DNA of 64,000 nt from positions 14,955-78,954 of the forward strand of contig QKCD01000053.1 in NCBI GenBank assembly GCA_003245815.1. Reading direction: 5' to 3'. Shown piece by piece: positions 43,438 to 51,117 of the stretch; the first letter of the stretch is position 1; every line of letters starts with the position of its first letter. Origin of the DNA: Sulfuricurvum sp. GTDB taxonomy: Bacteria; Campylobacterota; Campylobacteria; Campylobacterales; Sulfurimonadaceae. The translations under genes and the position numbers were made by a program. Under the pieces are notes generated by a model, which did not search any database, was not told where the DNA came from, and was given only the letters and a program-made list of their open reading frames with translations.

Positions 43438-43614
43438 ATGGAAAAGATCAACTGCCGCCGCTGCCAGTACTACTTCGTCACCTGGGAGGCCCACCGCCCC
43501 CACGGCTGCAAGGCATACGGCTTCAAATCCCCCTATATCCCCTCCCAGGTCGTCAAGCGTTCTACGGGCGAGGAGTGCGCCCTCTTCACTCCGAAACAGC
43601 CCGGTTCCAGATAA
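43438..43614 (+). CDS. unannotated 58-aa CxxC/Cys4 zinc-ribbon-like protein
   Basis: Below the ORF-track length cutoff. ATG…TAA reads MEKINCRRCQYYFVTWEAHRPHGCKAYGFKSPYIPSQVVKRSTGEECALFTPKQPGSR with GC3-rich codons and four Cys (C6, C9, C24, C47). Confidence 0.55.
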   Translation: MEKINCRRCQYYFVTWEAHRPHGCKAYGFKSPYIPSQVVKRSTGEECALFTPKQPGSR

Positions 43615-44011
43615 GCTTTTTCCCGAAGCCGAGCCGGTTGTCGGTCAGTTTCATATGGTGCGGCACCACGGCCCACAGCGTCGGGTTCATGACCCGGGCG
43701 TAGGGAAAGGCCCTGAAGTAGGCGGCCCCCTCATCGCCGGTCGCGGGGCGCATCGTCCCCTTGAGCTGCAACCCCTCGATCCGGCCGACCTCCTTCGTCT
43801 CCAGGACGATGCTCGCCGCAACCGCGGGGTTCTCCGCCACGTTGCCCATATGCTCCGTCTTCGGGTCCGACGCCACGATGAAGCACACCTCCTCCGGGAT
43901 GTAGGCGTAAAAGAGGTTGCACACCTGGGGGAGGTTCTCCCGCGCCGTGGCGAGTGTCATCACGTGGTGCTTGGCGATAAAGGTTTCGATGGGGGGCAGT
44001 GTCGTATCCAT
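43586..44011 (-). CDS. pyridoxamine 5'-phosphate oxidase-like FMN-binding family protein
   Basis: 141 aa. …HHVMTLATARENLPQVCNLFYAY…FIVASDPKTEHMGNV… is typical of the split-barrel PNPOx-like (YhbP-type) family. Confidence 0.8.
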   Translation of the reverse strand: MDTTLPPIETFIAKHHVMTLATARENLPQVCNLFYAYIPEEVCFIVASDPKTEHMGNVAENPAVAASIVLETKEVGRIEGLQLKGTMRPATGDEGAAYFRAFPYARVMNPTLWAVVPHHMKLTDNRLGFGKKLIWNRAVSE

Positions 44012-44020
44012 AACGGGGGC

Positions 44021-44026
44021 ATTGTA
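44021..44026 (-). promoter_or_regulatory. -10 box TACAAT 9 nt upstream of ATG 44011 (near-leaderless candidate)
   Basis: Reverse complement of 44021-44026 is TACAAT, followed by GCCCCCGTT and the ATG. Confidence 0.35.
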
Positions 44027-44072
44027 ACCTAGGAAAGATTGATTTCCGTTGTTTCGCCGAAACGTTTTTACC

Positions 44073-44236
44073 CGCTTCCGCCGCGTCGGCGTGTATCAGG
44101 CGGCCTACGCTTCGGACGCTTCCGCCTGGCCCGGGACCGCTCTTTTTCGGCGCTGCTGCCGCAGCTGGCGTCTTCGCGCACGTCTCATCGCACTTCTCCC
44201 GCTTTACACGCTTTCAGGGCGGCTTTCGCTTCCGCC
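44073..44236 (+). repeat. three copies of the 10-mer CGCTTCCGCC within 164 bp
   Basis: Copies at 44073-44082, 44117-44126 (preceded by the partial copy CGCTTCGGA) and 44227-44236. The last copy lies inside the Xis-like gene. Confidence 0.6.
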
Positions 44237-44406
44237 AGGGTCTCTTCCAGCCGGATCATCCGTTTGAGCATGTTCGGGTCCACGCAGACATGAAACCCCT
44301 TCTTTACCTTTACCGCGCTGATCGTCCCCTTGGTGATCTGCCGGTAGATCGTCTTGTCGCTCTTGTCGACAAGCTTCGCGTAGGCCTTGACACTCAGATG
44401 TTTCAT
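44185..44406 (-). CDS. excisionase/AlpA-like helix-turn-helix DNA-binding protein
   Basis: Start trimmed to MKHLSVKAYAKLVDKSDKTIYRQITKGTISAVKVKKGFHV… (HTH_17-like) with GGGGGAGGGGGG directly upstream. 73 aa. Confidence 0.6.
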   Translation of the reverse strand: MKHLSVKAYAKLVDKSDKTIYRQITKGTISAVKVKKGFHVCVDPNMLKRMIRLEETLAEAKAALKACKAGEVR

Positions 44407-44417
44407 CCCCCCTCCCC

Positions 44418-44657
44418 CTAGGCGCTCTTGCCGCTGAGGCGCTGCAGGTTGACGAACCAGTCGTCGGCAAAGTAGCGGCGGTCGCGGTGCAGCGAGATCT
44501 GTATGGCGTCGTGCCGGCACTGCAGTGCCTCGATCCACTCCTCCGGGACCTCCAGCTCTTCGTTACAGTAGAGGTAGGCGATTTCGTCGTCGCAGATATC
44601 CTGCCACACCCAGCCGTTGTCCAGCTCCTTGATGACGAAGGTCGTCTCTTTCATCAT
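44418..44657 (-). CDS. small acidic hypothetical protein, co-oriented 11 nt upstream of the Xis-like gene
   Basis: About 79 aa: MMKETTFVIKELDNGWVWQDICDDEIAYLYCNEELEVPEEW…. AAAGGTG upstream. Alternative start 44654. Confidence 0.45.
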   Translation of the reverse strand: MMKETTFVIKELDNGWVWQDICDDEIAYLYCNEELEVPEEWIEALQCRHDAIQISLHRDRRYFADDWFVNLQRLSGKSA

Positions 44658-44761
44658 GCACACCTTTTGCCTGGAATTCAGATACGACGGAAGTGTAGGG
44701 GATCTCCATAACGAAACGGTTACCGTGACTTTACGGGAATATTACAAGAGAGTGCCGGCAC

Positions 44762-45442
44762 CTAGCCGGCGATAAAGGTGTAGCCGTGGTAGAGGGTATA
44801 GCCGCCGTAGGCGATCACCGCCACGGAGGCGAGACGGGTCATCAGGATGCGGAAGCTGCTCTGCTGGAAGAGCCCCACGAAGAAGCCGAGACTGAAGAGC
44901 GCAGGGATCGTGCTGAGGCCGAAAACACCCATGATCATCCCCCCGGAGAGGGGGCTCGCGCTCCCCGCCGCCGCAATGGCGAAGAAGTAGACGAACCCGC
45001 AGGGGAGCAGGCCGTTAAGCAGGCCCAGGACAAAGAAGCTCGGCAGCGAGCGGCGGCTGATAAGGGCCTTGAAACTCTGACGGTACCAACTGCTCGTGGA
45101 GATGGTGTGTTCGATGACCGTCAGGAACTTCACCTTCCCCAGCAGCGAAAGGCCGGTCAGCACCATGGCGACCCCGGCGATCAGCAGCAGCAGCCCGTTG
45201 GCCGTGTCGCTGAAGGTGACGACGGCACCGAGATAGCCGAAGACGACCCCCAGCATCACGTAGGTGACGATCCGGCCCGCCGAATAGAGCAGGTGTGCCG
45301 CGGCCTGCCGCCGCCGTTTCCACTCCCGGTCGATCTTGCTGCTGGAGTAGGCGATGACGATCCCGCCGCACATGCCGACGCAGTGTCCGAAGGAACCGAG
45401 AAAGGCGATCGTCATGATCGATAGCAGGTCGAGTGTTTCCAC
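44762..45442 (-). CDS. DsbD_2 / UreH-like (TauE-like) integral membrane protein with HCxxMCGG motif
   Basis: 226 aa, GTG start with GGGAG upstream. GSFGHCVGMCGGIV in TM1, LLNGLLPCGFVY in a later TM, and six or more TM helices. Confidence 0.75.
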   Translation of the reverse strand: METLDLLSIMTIAFLGSFGHCVGMCGGIVIAYSSSKIDREWKRRRQAAAHLLYSAGRIVTYVMLGVVFGYLGAVVTFSDTANGLLLLIAGVAMVLTGLSLLGKVKFLTVIEHTISTSSWYRQSFKALISRRSLPSFFVLGLLNGLLPCGFVYFFAIAAAGSASPLSGGMIMGVFGLSTIPALFSLGFFVGLFQQSSFRILMTRLASVAVIAYGGYTLYHGYTFIAG

Positions 45443-45472
45443 AGGGCGCTCCCGGCGTGTAGTCTTGGGCCC

Positions 45473-45480
45473 ATTATAGG
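45473..45480 (-). promoter_or_regulatory. -10 box CCTATAAT for the DsbD_2-type gene
   Basis: Reverse complement of 45473-45480 is CCTATAAT, 30 nt upstream of GTG 45442. Confidence 0.4.
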
Positions 45481-45564
45481 GGGGCGTAAGTTACAAAGAC
45501 GTTAACATCGCTTCAAAGATCGCCCCGAAATACCGATTTATTTCACAGCTCCAAGGAGGTTCCC

Positions 45565-45708
45565 ATGAAAAGCCTGGAAAAGAAACTCCGCGAGACCCTG
45601 CGCGAAGGCACCCTCGTCTCTCAGGAGATGCACCCCTTCGCCCGACAGATGCTCAAGAATCTCAAGCAGAGCCCGAAAAACGCCCCAGCGCACTGTCCAA
45701 GCGTCTGA
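45565..45708 (+). CDS. possible 47-aa ORF with a perfect Shine-Dalgarno, antisense to the ovoB-like 3' end
   Basis: AAGGAGG, then 5 nt, then ATG. Reads MKSLEKKLRETLREGTLVSQEMHPFARQMLKNLKQSPKNAPAHCPSV. The last 47 nt overlap the convergent aminotransferase gene. Confidence 0.3.
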   Translation: MKSLEKKLRETLREGTLVSQEMHPFARQMLKNLKQSPKNAPAHCPSV

Positions 45709-46849
45709 GCGCCTCCTCCATCGTGTCGGTGGGCACCGCCACGTTCATCCGCATAAAGCCCGCCCCCTCCTTGCCGAAGGAGATCCCGGGGCTCAGTCCC
45801 AGCTGCGCCTCCTCGACGAAGAAACGGCGCAGTGCCCTCCCCTCCAGGCCCATCTGCGAACACTCCAGCCAGGCAAGGTAGGTCCCCTCGGGCAAGTGCA
45901 TGTGGATCAGCCCGGGGTAACGCGCGACCACCCTTGCGAGTTTCGCGAGGTTTGAACGCAGGTGCGCCAGCAGCGCTTCCAGCCACGCCTCCCCTTCCCG
46001 GAAGGCCGCCTCGAACCCGACATGGCCGAAGATCGTCCCCTGGGCGAAATGGATGCTTTCGTAGACCGCGTCGAAGCTCTCGCGCATCTCCGTATCGGGG
46101 ATCGCCACGGTGGAGATGGCCAGCCCGGCGACGTTGAAGCTCTTGCCCGGCCCGATCGCCGTCAGCGTGATATCACGCACCGCATCGCCCAGGGAGGCGA
46201 AGGGGATATGACGGTGGGGGGCGAAAACGAGGTCGGAGTGGATCTCGTCGGCGACAACCCTGATGCCGTGTTCGAGGCAGATCTCGGCGAGGGTGCGCAG
46301 CTCCGCTTCGCGCCATACCCGGCCGACGGGGTTGTGGGGGGAGCAGAGCAGCAGCAGTTTCGTGTCGGTATCGATCTTAGAGCGCAGGTTGTCGAAGTCG
46401 AAGGTGTAATCCCCCCCTTCGGTGCGCATGAGGGGGTTGCTCAGCACCACCCTCCCGTTGCGCTCCACGCTCTTGAAGAACGGGGGGTAGACCGGGGGCT
46501 GGACGATCACCTTCTCCCCCGGTTTCGTGTAGGCCTGGATCGCCACGTTGAGGGTCGCCACCACCGAGGGGGAGAAACGCATCCACTCCCGTTCCAGGGC
46601 GAGCCCGTGGCGCCTGCGCATCCAGGCGATCTGCGCTTCAAAGGCGGAATCGGGCATCTCCTCGTAGCCGTAGACCGGGTGTTCCGCCCGTCTGCGTACC
46701 GCTTCGAGCACGCAGGGCGCCGTTTCGATGTCCATGTCCGCCACCCACATCGGCAGTACCGCCTCCGTGCCGAAGAGCTTTTGACGCAGAGCGTACTTCT
46801 CCGCGTTGCCGCCGGAGCGGTCGGCCCCACTGTCGAAACGGTAACTCAC
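45662..46849 (-). CDS. ovoB: PLP-dependent C-S lyase of the MalY/PatB aminotransferase family; OvoB-like by linkage to ovoA
   Basis: 395 aa, GTG start in a GTGA overlap with the ovoA stop. …LPMWVADMDIETAP…, PLP-lysine context PGKSFNVAGL. The gene symbol is inferred from context only. Confidence 0.75.
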   Translation of the reverse strand: MSYRFDSGADRSGGNAEKYALRQKLFGTEAVLPMWVADMDIETAPCVLEAVRRRAEHPVYGYEEMPDSAFEAQIAWMRRRHGLALEREWMRFSPSVVATLNVAIQAYTKPGEKVIVQPPVYPPFFKSVERNGRVVLSNPLMRTEGGDYTFDFDNLRSKIDTDTKLLLLCSPHNPVGRVWREAELRTLAEICLEHGIRVVADEIHSDLVFAPHRHIPFASLGDAVRDITLTAIGPGKSFNVAGLAISTVAIPDTEMRESFDAVYESIHFAQGTIFGHVGFEAAFREGEAWLEALLAHLRSNLAKLARVVARYPGLIHMHLPEGTYLAWLECSQMGLEGRALRRFFVEEAQLGLSPGISFGKEGAGFMRMNVAVPTDTMEEALRRLDSALGRFSGSA

Positions 46850-48957
46850 GCGGGCCGCTTCTTCCAGACGCTCATCTGGGAGAGGGTGTGCTGGAATTTG
46901 CGGGGTGTCTCGCGGATGACGAAGGGGATATCCTCCGTCGCGACCAGCTCGAAGTGCGGCTCCAGGATCTGCCGCAGCGTCTCGAGGGTGTGGACCTCAT
47001 TGCCCTCCGCGTCGATGTAGCCGCCCAGCCACTGCTCGGGGCGGGTATACTCCTCCAACCACGTATAGGGGGAGGTGAGAATCAGCATCCCCCCGTCGTT
47101 GATCCGTTCATGAACCCCTTCGAGGAAAAGACGCGGTTCGTAGAGGCGGTCGATCAGGTTCGTCGCCATGATCAGGTCGTAGCCGCGGAAATGGGCCTTC
47201 AGGTTGCAGGCGTCTCCCTGCCAGAACGCCACCTTCTCCCGGGTGGCTTCGAGGCCGAACTCTTCGAGGGTGTGCTCCTGCAGCGAGGTAAGCATCCCCT
47301 CCTCGTCGCGCCTGTAGCGGATCACCCCCGCTTTCTGCAGGGCGACCCCGACCTGGATGAAGCGGGCGGAGAAGTCGATCCCCGTAACGTGGTCGAAGAC
47401 GCGGGCCAGTTCGAAAGAGGCGCGCCCCGTCGCACACCCCAGGTCCAGGGCGCGGCCGCGGGGGGTCCCAGCCGTATAGGCGATGGCCCGCTGGGCGCAG
47501 GAGCGGGCGAAGTTGGGCACCCCGAACGCCCCCGGACCGTACTGGAACTCGCAGTACTGCGAGACGAGCCGGTCGCTTTCGTAGACGTTGTCGCCGTGCG
47601 CATCGAGCCCCTCCCCTTGGACGTAGCGGAAGCCCGCATGCTGGTAGAAGTGGCGGCGGAAGGCGTAGCGGGAGTGCTTCATGATCTCGTTGCCCGTGCT
47701 GATCCAGGAGCCCCCCTTGATCAGGTTGTGCTTGCCGTCGAAGGTGGGGGTGGAGAAGTCGTCGTAAAGCGGATGCGGCGCGAACCCCCTGAAGCCGTCG
47801 ATCGCCGTCTCCGTCCACTGCCAGACGTTGCCGACAACGTCGCAAAGATCCCCGAAGGCGAACTTGTCCACCGGACAGGAGGAGGCGAAATAGCGCAGGT
47901 TGATATTCGCCTTCGTATCGTCGAAATCGGGAACGTCCGCGATCCCGGCCCGCTCGTAGAGGCGGTACCACTCCGCCTCCGTCGGCAGGCGGTAGGGTGT
48001 GCCGTCGTGCTCACTCTTCCAGCGGCAGAAGGCCTTCGCCTCCAGGTAGTTGACGTCCACCGGCCAGTCCCACGGCATGTCGATCAGCTTCGTCAGCGCC
48101 CGGTAGCGCCACGCTCCGCCGTGCTCCTCCCAGAAGACGGGGTGGCGCGCCTTGCGAAGCTCCAGGAAGGTACGCCCCTCCTCGTCCCAGTAGCGGGGTT
48201 CTTCGTACCCCCCCGCTTTGACGAAGGGGAGGAACTCGCCGTTGCTGACGAGGAACTTCGAGGCGCTGAAGGGCGCCACCTCCACCTCCAGCTCCCCGTA
48301 TTCGTTGTCCCACCCGTAGAGGTGGTGGTCGTGCCCCTTGCCCAGCCGCATGGTCGCCCCTTCGACGGCGATCATGGCGTTTTGGGGCGCCTTGACGCTC
48401 TCGTTGCAGATCTGGAAAAAACCGCTGTCGACGATATGCTTCAGGGGCATCTGGCGGTGCAGAACGCTGGAGGTCTCGATATGGATCCGCTCGTGTTCGA
48501 TCCCCATCAGGATGATCCAGAAGGGGTCATCCTCCCGGATCGGCAGCGTCAACGGCAGACTGCTGATCAGGCCGTTGACAAGATTGCGCACCGTGTTGCG
48601 GTAGCGGCGCACTTCGTCCACCGCAGGCCATCGGTAGCGGCTCCCCTCGAGGTCGTCCCACGTCATCTCGTCCACACCGATGGCGAAGATCGATTCGAAC
48701 TCGGGGTTGACCCGCGCATCGATCACCTTCCCCAGGACCAGCTTGTTAATATAAAAGGCTGCCGTGTGACCGAAATAGAAGATCATCGGGTGGCGGGTCG
48801 GCTCCGACTGCAGGTAGAACACCTCATCGGTCTTCAGAAGGTCGAACATCCGTTCGAAGAGATCGTACGTCTTGTGAAAATAGTCCCGTATCGCTTCGCG
48901 CTTTCGGTCCGGGTCGTCACCGGTCAGGGTGATCGGCATCGTGTGGAGGGTGTTCAC
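46846..48957 (-). CDS. ovoA: 5-histidylcysteine sulfoxide synthase / methyltransferase (ovothiol biosynthesis OvoA)
   Basis: Three-part architecture visible: DinB-like N-terminus (…RHPMIFYFGHTAAFYINKL…), FGE-sulfatase-like middle (…GNVWQWTETAIDGF…GGSWIS…), and C-terminal SAM methyltransferase (ALDLGCATGRASFELA). Start set at GTG 48957 (AAAGGAA 6 nt upstream); alternatives are TTG 48984 and ATG 48939. Confidence 0.9.
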   Translation of the reverse strand: MNTLHTMPITLTGDDPDRKREAIRDYFHKTYDLFERMFDLLKTDEVFYLQSEPTRHPMIFYFGHTAAFYINKLVLGKVIDARVNPEFESIFAIGVDEMTWDDLEGSRYRWPAVDEVRRYRNTVRNLVNGLISSLPLTLPIREDDPFWIILMGIEHERIHIETSSVLHRQMPLKHIVDSGFFQICNESVKAPQNAMIAVEGATMRLGKGHDHHLYGWDNEYGELEVEVAPFSASKFLVSNGEFLPFVKAGGYEEPRYWDEEGRTFLELRKARHPVFWEEHGGAWRYRALTKLIDMPWDWPVDVNYLEAKAFCRWKSEHDGTPYRLPTEAEWYRLYERAGIADVPDFDDTKANINLRYFASSCPVDKFAFGDLCDVVGNVWQWTETAIDGFRGFAPHPLYDDFSTPTFDGKHNLIKGGSWISTGNEIMKHSRYAFRRHFYQHAGFRYVQGEGLDAHGDNVYESDRLVSQYCEFQYGPGAFGVPNFARSCAQRAIAYTAGTPRGRALDLGCATGRASFELARVFDHVTGIDFSARFIQVGVALQKAGVIRYRRDEEGMLTSLQEHTLEEFGLEATREKVAFWQGDACNLKAHFRGYDLIMATNLIDRLYEPRLFLEGVHERINDGGMLILTSPYTWLEEYTRPEQWLGGYIDAEGNEVHTLETLRQILEPHFELVATEDIPFVIRETPRKFQHTLSQMSVWKKRPA

Positions 48958-48992
48958 GGATCGTTCCTTTGCGTCGTATACCAATGGGACAT

Positions 48993-49000
48993 ATTGTAGC
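48993..49000 (-). promoter_or_regulatory. -10 box GCTACAAT for ovoA-ovoB
   Basis: Reverse complement of 48993-49000 is GCTACAAT. Confidence 0.4.
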
Positions 49001-49064
49001 GCATCTGTGAAACAGGGGGATTAAACGAAAAGGGCAACAGGGAGAGTGCAGAAGCGGCTAAGCA

Positions 49065-49086
49065 GGCCCGGAACTGCGTCCGGGCC
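49065..49086 (-). terminator. hairpin GGCCCGGA-n6-TCCGGGCC just downstream of the rhodanese gene
   Basis: 8-bp perfect GC-rich stem 7 nt after the stop at 49093. No strong U-run. Confidence 0.4.
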
Positions 49087-49092
49087 GGGGGA

Positions 49093-49554
49093 TCAGGGTT
49101 TGAGGATCATTTCGCCGTAGGCGGTGTCGAGGACGTGTCCCTGTTCAACCCAGGCGCGGATGCCCCCTTTGAGGCTGTAGACGTTGGTGAAGCCCATGTC
49201 CATCAGGGTTTTCGCCGCCAGCAGCCCCCGCTTACCGGTACAGCAGTAGACGACAATCAGGGCGTTCTTGTCCTTGATCTCGCGCTCGACATTGAACTCC
49301 AGGTAACCGCGGGTGATCCGGATCAGGTTCAGGTGGAAGATCTCCCCGTGCAGCTGCTGCTCCTTCTCGCGGATGTCGATCAGGTAGAGGTCCGCATCCT
49401 TGTCGATGAGCTGCTGCAGCTGCTGCGGCGACATCTCGCGGGCCACCTTGGCGGCTTCGGCCATCACCTTTTTCGTGCCGACGTCGATGGAGAGGGCCAT
49501 CGCCGGTGCACTGAAGAGCAGTGCCGCGAGCAGCAGGGTCGTGATTCGTTTCAT
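49093..49554 (-). CDS. secreted single-domain rhodanese (sulfurtransferase)
   Basis: Start trimmed to MKRITTLLLAALLFSAPAMA (signal peptide) with GGAGGA upstream. Active-site loop VVYCCTGKRG. Confidence 0.85.
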   Translation of the reverse strand: MKRITTLLLAALLFSAPAMALSIDVGTKKVMAEAAKVAREMSPQQLQQLIDKDADLYLIDIREKEQQLHGEIFHLNLIRITRGYLEFNVEREIKDKNALIVVYCCTGKRGLLAAKTLMDMGFTNVYSLKGGIRAWVEQGHVLDTAYGEMILKP

Positions 49555-49634
49555 GGAAAATCCTCCGGAAGGAAATAGTGGCGCCATGATAATGCATCCC
49601 TGCTGAATCGGTTGTAAATGCGATACGTTAACCC

Positions 49635-49642
49635 GCTATAAT
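49635..49642 (+). promoter_or_regulatory. -10 box GCTATAAT for the chemoreceptor gene
   Basis: 29 nt upstream of ATG 49672. AGGAG at 49661-49665. Confidence 0.45.
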
Positions 49643-49671
49643 ACCCCTTTACCCGCCTTTAGGAGATGCTA

Positions 49672-51117
49672 ATGACCGGAGTTTCGACGCTCTACAACGC
49701 CGCCGCTTCCAACCTCGCCCAGCTGGTGATCTTCGTGATCGGATTTTTCCTCGAGATCTATTTCCTGGAGTTCTCCCTCCTGATCGTCGCCATGACCGCC
49801 GTCCATATTGCCCTGGCCCTCTACCTCCGTTCCCAGCTCCTGCTGGTCAAGCAAAGCGTCGAGGGGGTCACCGCGACCATCTCCCACGCCCGGGAGGGGC
49901 GTTTCGACGAACGCGCCGCCGATATCGGCCAGGGGGAAATCAGTTTGCTGGCGCGCTCGTTCAACTCCCTGATGGAGCAGCTGCAGCAGTTTATGAAAGA
50001 GGGGGTCACCGCCATTGAGAAAGCCTCGCGGAATGACTTCCGCCAGCGCGCCTCCGAGAAGGGGCTCAACCCCACCTTCGCCCACGCTGTCGGCCTGATC
50101 AACCACTCCATCGAACGCATCGAAGCGGGCGAAGAGCTCCAGCGCCGGGGCGAGATGAGCGAGCTGCTCCACGATATCGGCGGGGGGATCGCCCAGGGGA
50201 TGCACACCCTTCAGAACGACATCTCCTCAAGCCAGCGCTACCTCGATGCCATCGTCGCCATTGCCGACGAAACCTCCGAGCAGTCCGTGCGTACCATCGA
50301 TTCCCTGCAGGAGGTGGACAGGAATTTCGGGCGCCTGATCGAAATGATCCAGAGCTTCTCCGTCAGCACCGGCGAACTGGCCGAGCGCAGCAACGAGATC
50401 AACGCCGTCGTCAGCCTCATCAAGGATATCGCCGATCAGACCAACCTGCTGGCACTCAACGCTGCTATCGAAGCGGCCCGGGCCGGGGAGCACGGACGCG
50501 GTTTTGCCGTCGTCGCCGACGAGGTCCGCAAACTGGCCGAGCGGACCCAGAAAGCGACCCAGGAGATCACCATCACCATCGCCTCCCTGCAACAGGAGAC
50601 CAGCGATATCCAGAACGCTTCGGAGACGATGGAAGCGATCTCCCTTCATGCCCAGAAGAGTTTTGAAGGATTCGGTACCACCCTCTCCTCCTTCAACAGC
50701 AACGCCCACGCTACCTCCACCGACGCCAACATCGCCCGCGACGTTTTGCTGATGATCCTCGTCAAGGTGGACCATATCCTCTTCAAGTCCAACGGCTACG
50801 TCTCCGTGCTCAACGGCCGGCTCGAAAGCCGCTTCGACGACCACGAGCAGTGCCGCCTGGGCAAATGGTACACCGCAGAGGGGCAGAGCCGTTATGGCAC
50901 GACCGGGGCCTATGCACGGATGCGCCAGCCTCATACAGACGTCCATCGCTACATGCTGGAGAACATCGCCTATATCGAACGGGGCGTCGCCATGAAGGTC
51001 GAGCACCGCGACGCGATCATCGAAAACTTCAAAAAGATGGAAACGGCCAGTACGGCGCTCTTCAAAGAGCTTGATGCCATCGTCGCCGAACAACACGGTC
51101 TGAAGGCGGCGGGCTGA
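49672..51117 (+). CDS. methyl-accepting chemotaxis protein with C-terminal CZB (chemoreceptor zinc-binding) domain
   Basis: Two N-terminal TM helices with almost no periplasmic loop. HAMP, signalling hairpin [40 protein letters not shown], and CZB signature …DHILFK…[10 protein letters not shown]…PHTDVHRY…. Start moved to the second ATG for Shine-Dalgarno spacing. Confidence 0.9.
   Translation: MTGVSTLYNAAASNLAQLVIFVIGFFLEIYFLEFSLLIVAMTAVHIALALYLRSQLLLVKQSVEGVTATISHAREGRFDERAADIGQGEISLLARSFNSLMEQLQQFMKEGVTAIEKASRNDFRQRASEKGLNPTFAHAVGLINHSIERIEAGEELQRRGEMSELLHDIGGGIAQGMHTLQNDISSSQRYLDAIVAIADETSEQSVRTIDSLQEVDRNFGRLIEMIQSFSVSTGELAERSNEINAVVSLIKDIADQTNLLALNAAIEAARAGEHGRGFAVVADEVRKLAERTQKATQEITITIASLQQETSDIQNASETMEAISLHAQKSFEGFGTTLSSFNSNAHATSTDANIARDVLLMILVKVDHILFKSNGYVSVLNGRLESRFDDHEQCRLGKWYTAEGQSRYGTTGAYARMRQPHTDVHRYMLENIAYIERGVAMKVEHRDAIIENFKKMETASTALFKELDAIVAEQHGLKAAG

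Noticed and set aside
44051-44069. GTTTC-gcc-GAAAC followed by T5 as an intrinsic terminator or the end of an sRNA.
   Set aside because: The stem is only 5 bp with a 3-nt loop. It is oriented on the + strand where no upstream + strand gene ends; the nearest is about 440 nt away across an antisense gene. This is too weak to call.
44185-44657. Calling this pair a mobile genetic element or prophage remnant feature.
   Set aside because: There is no integrase or recombinase, no att-like flanking repeats and no tRNA target in the window. Only the Xis-like HTH fold hints at mobility, so it is reported as a finding and not as a mobile_element feature.
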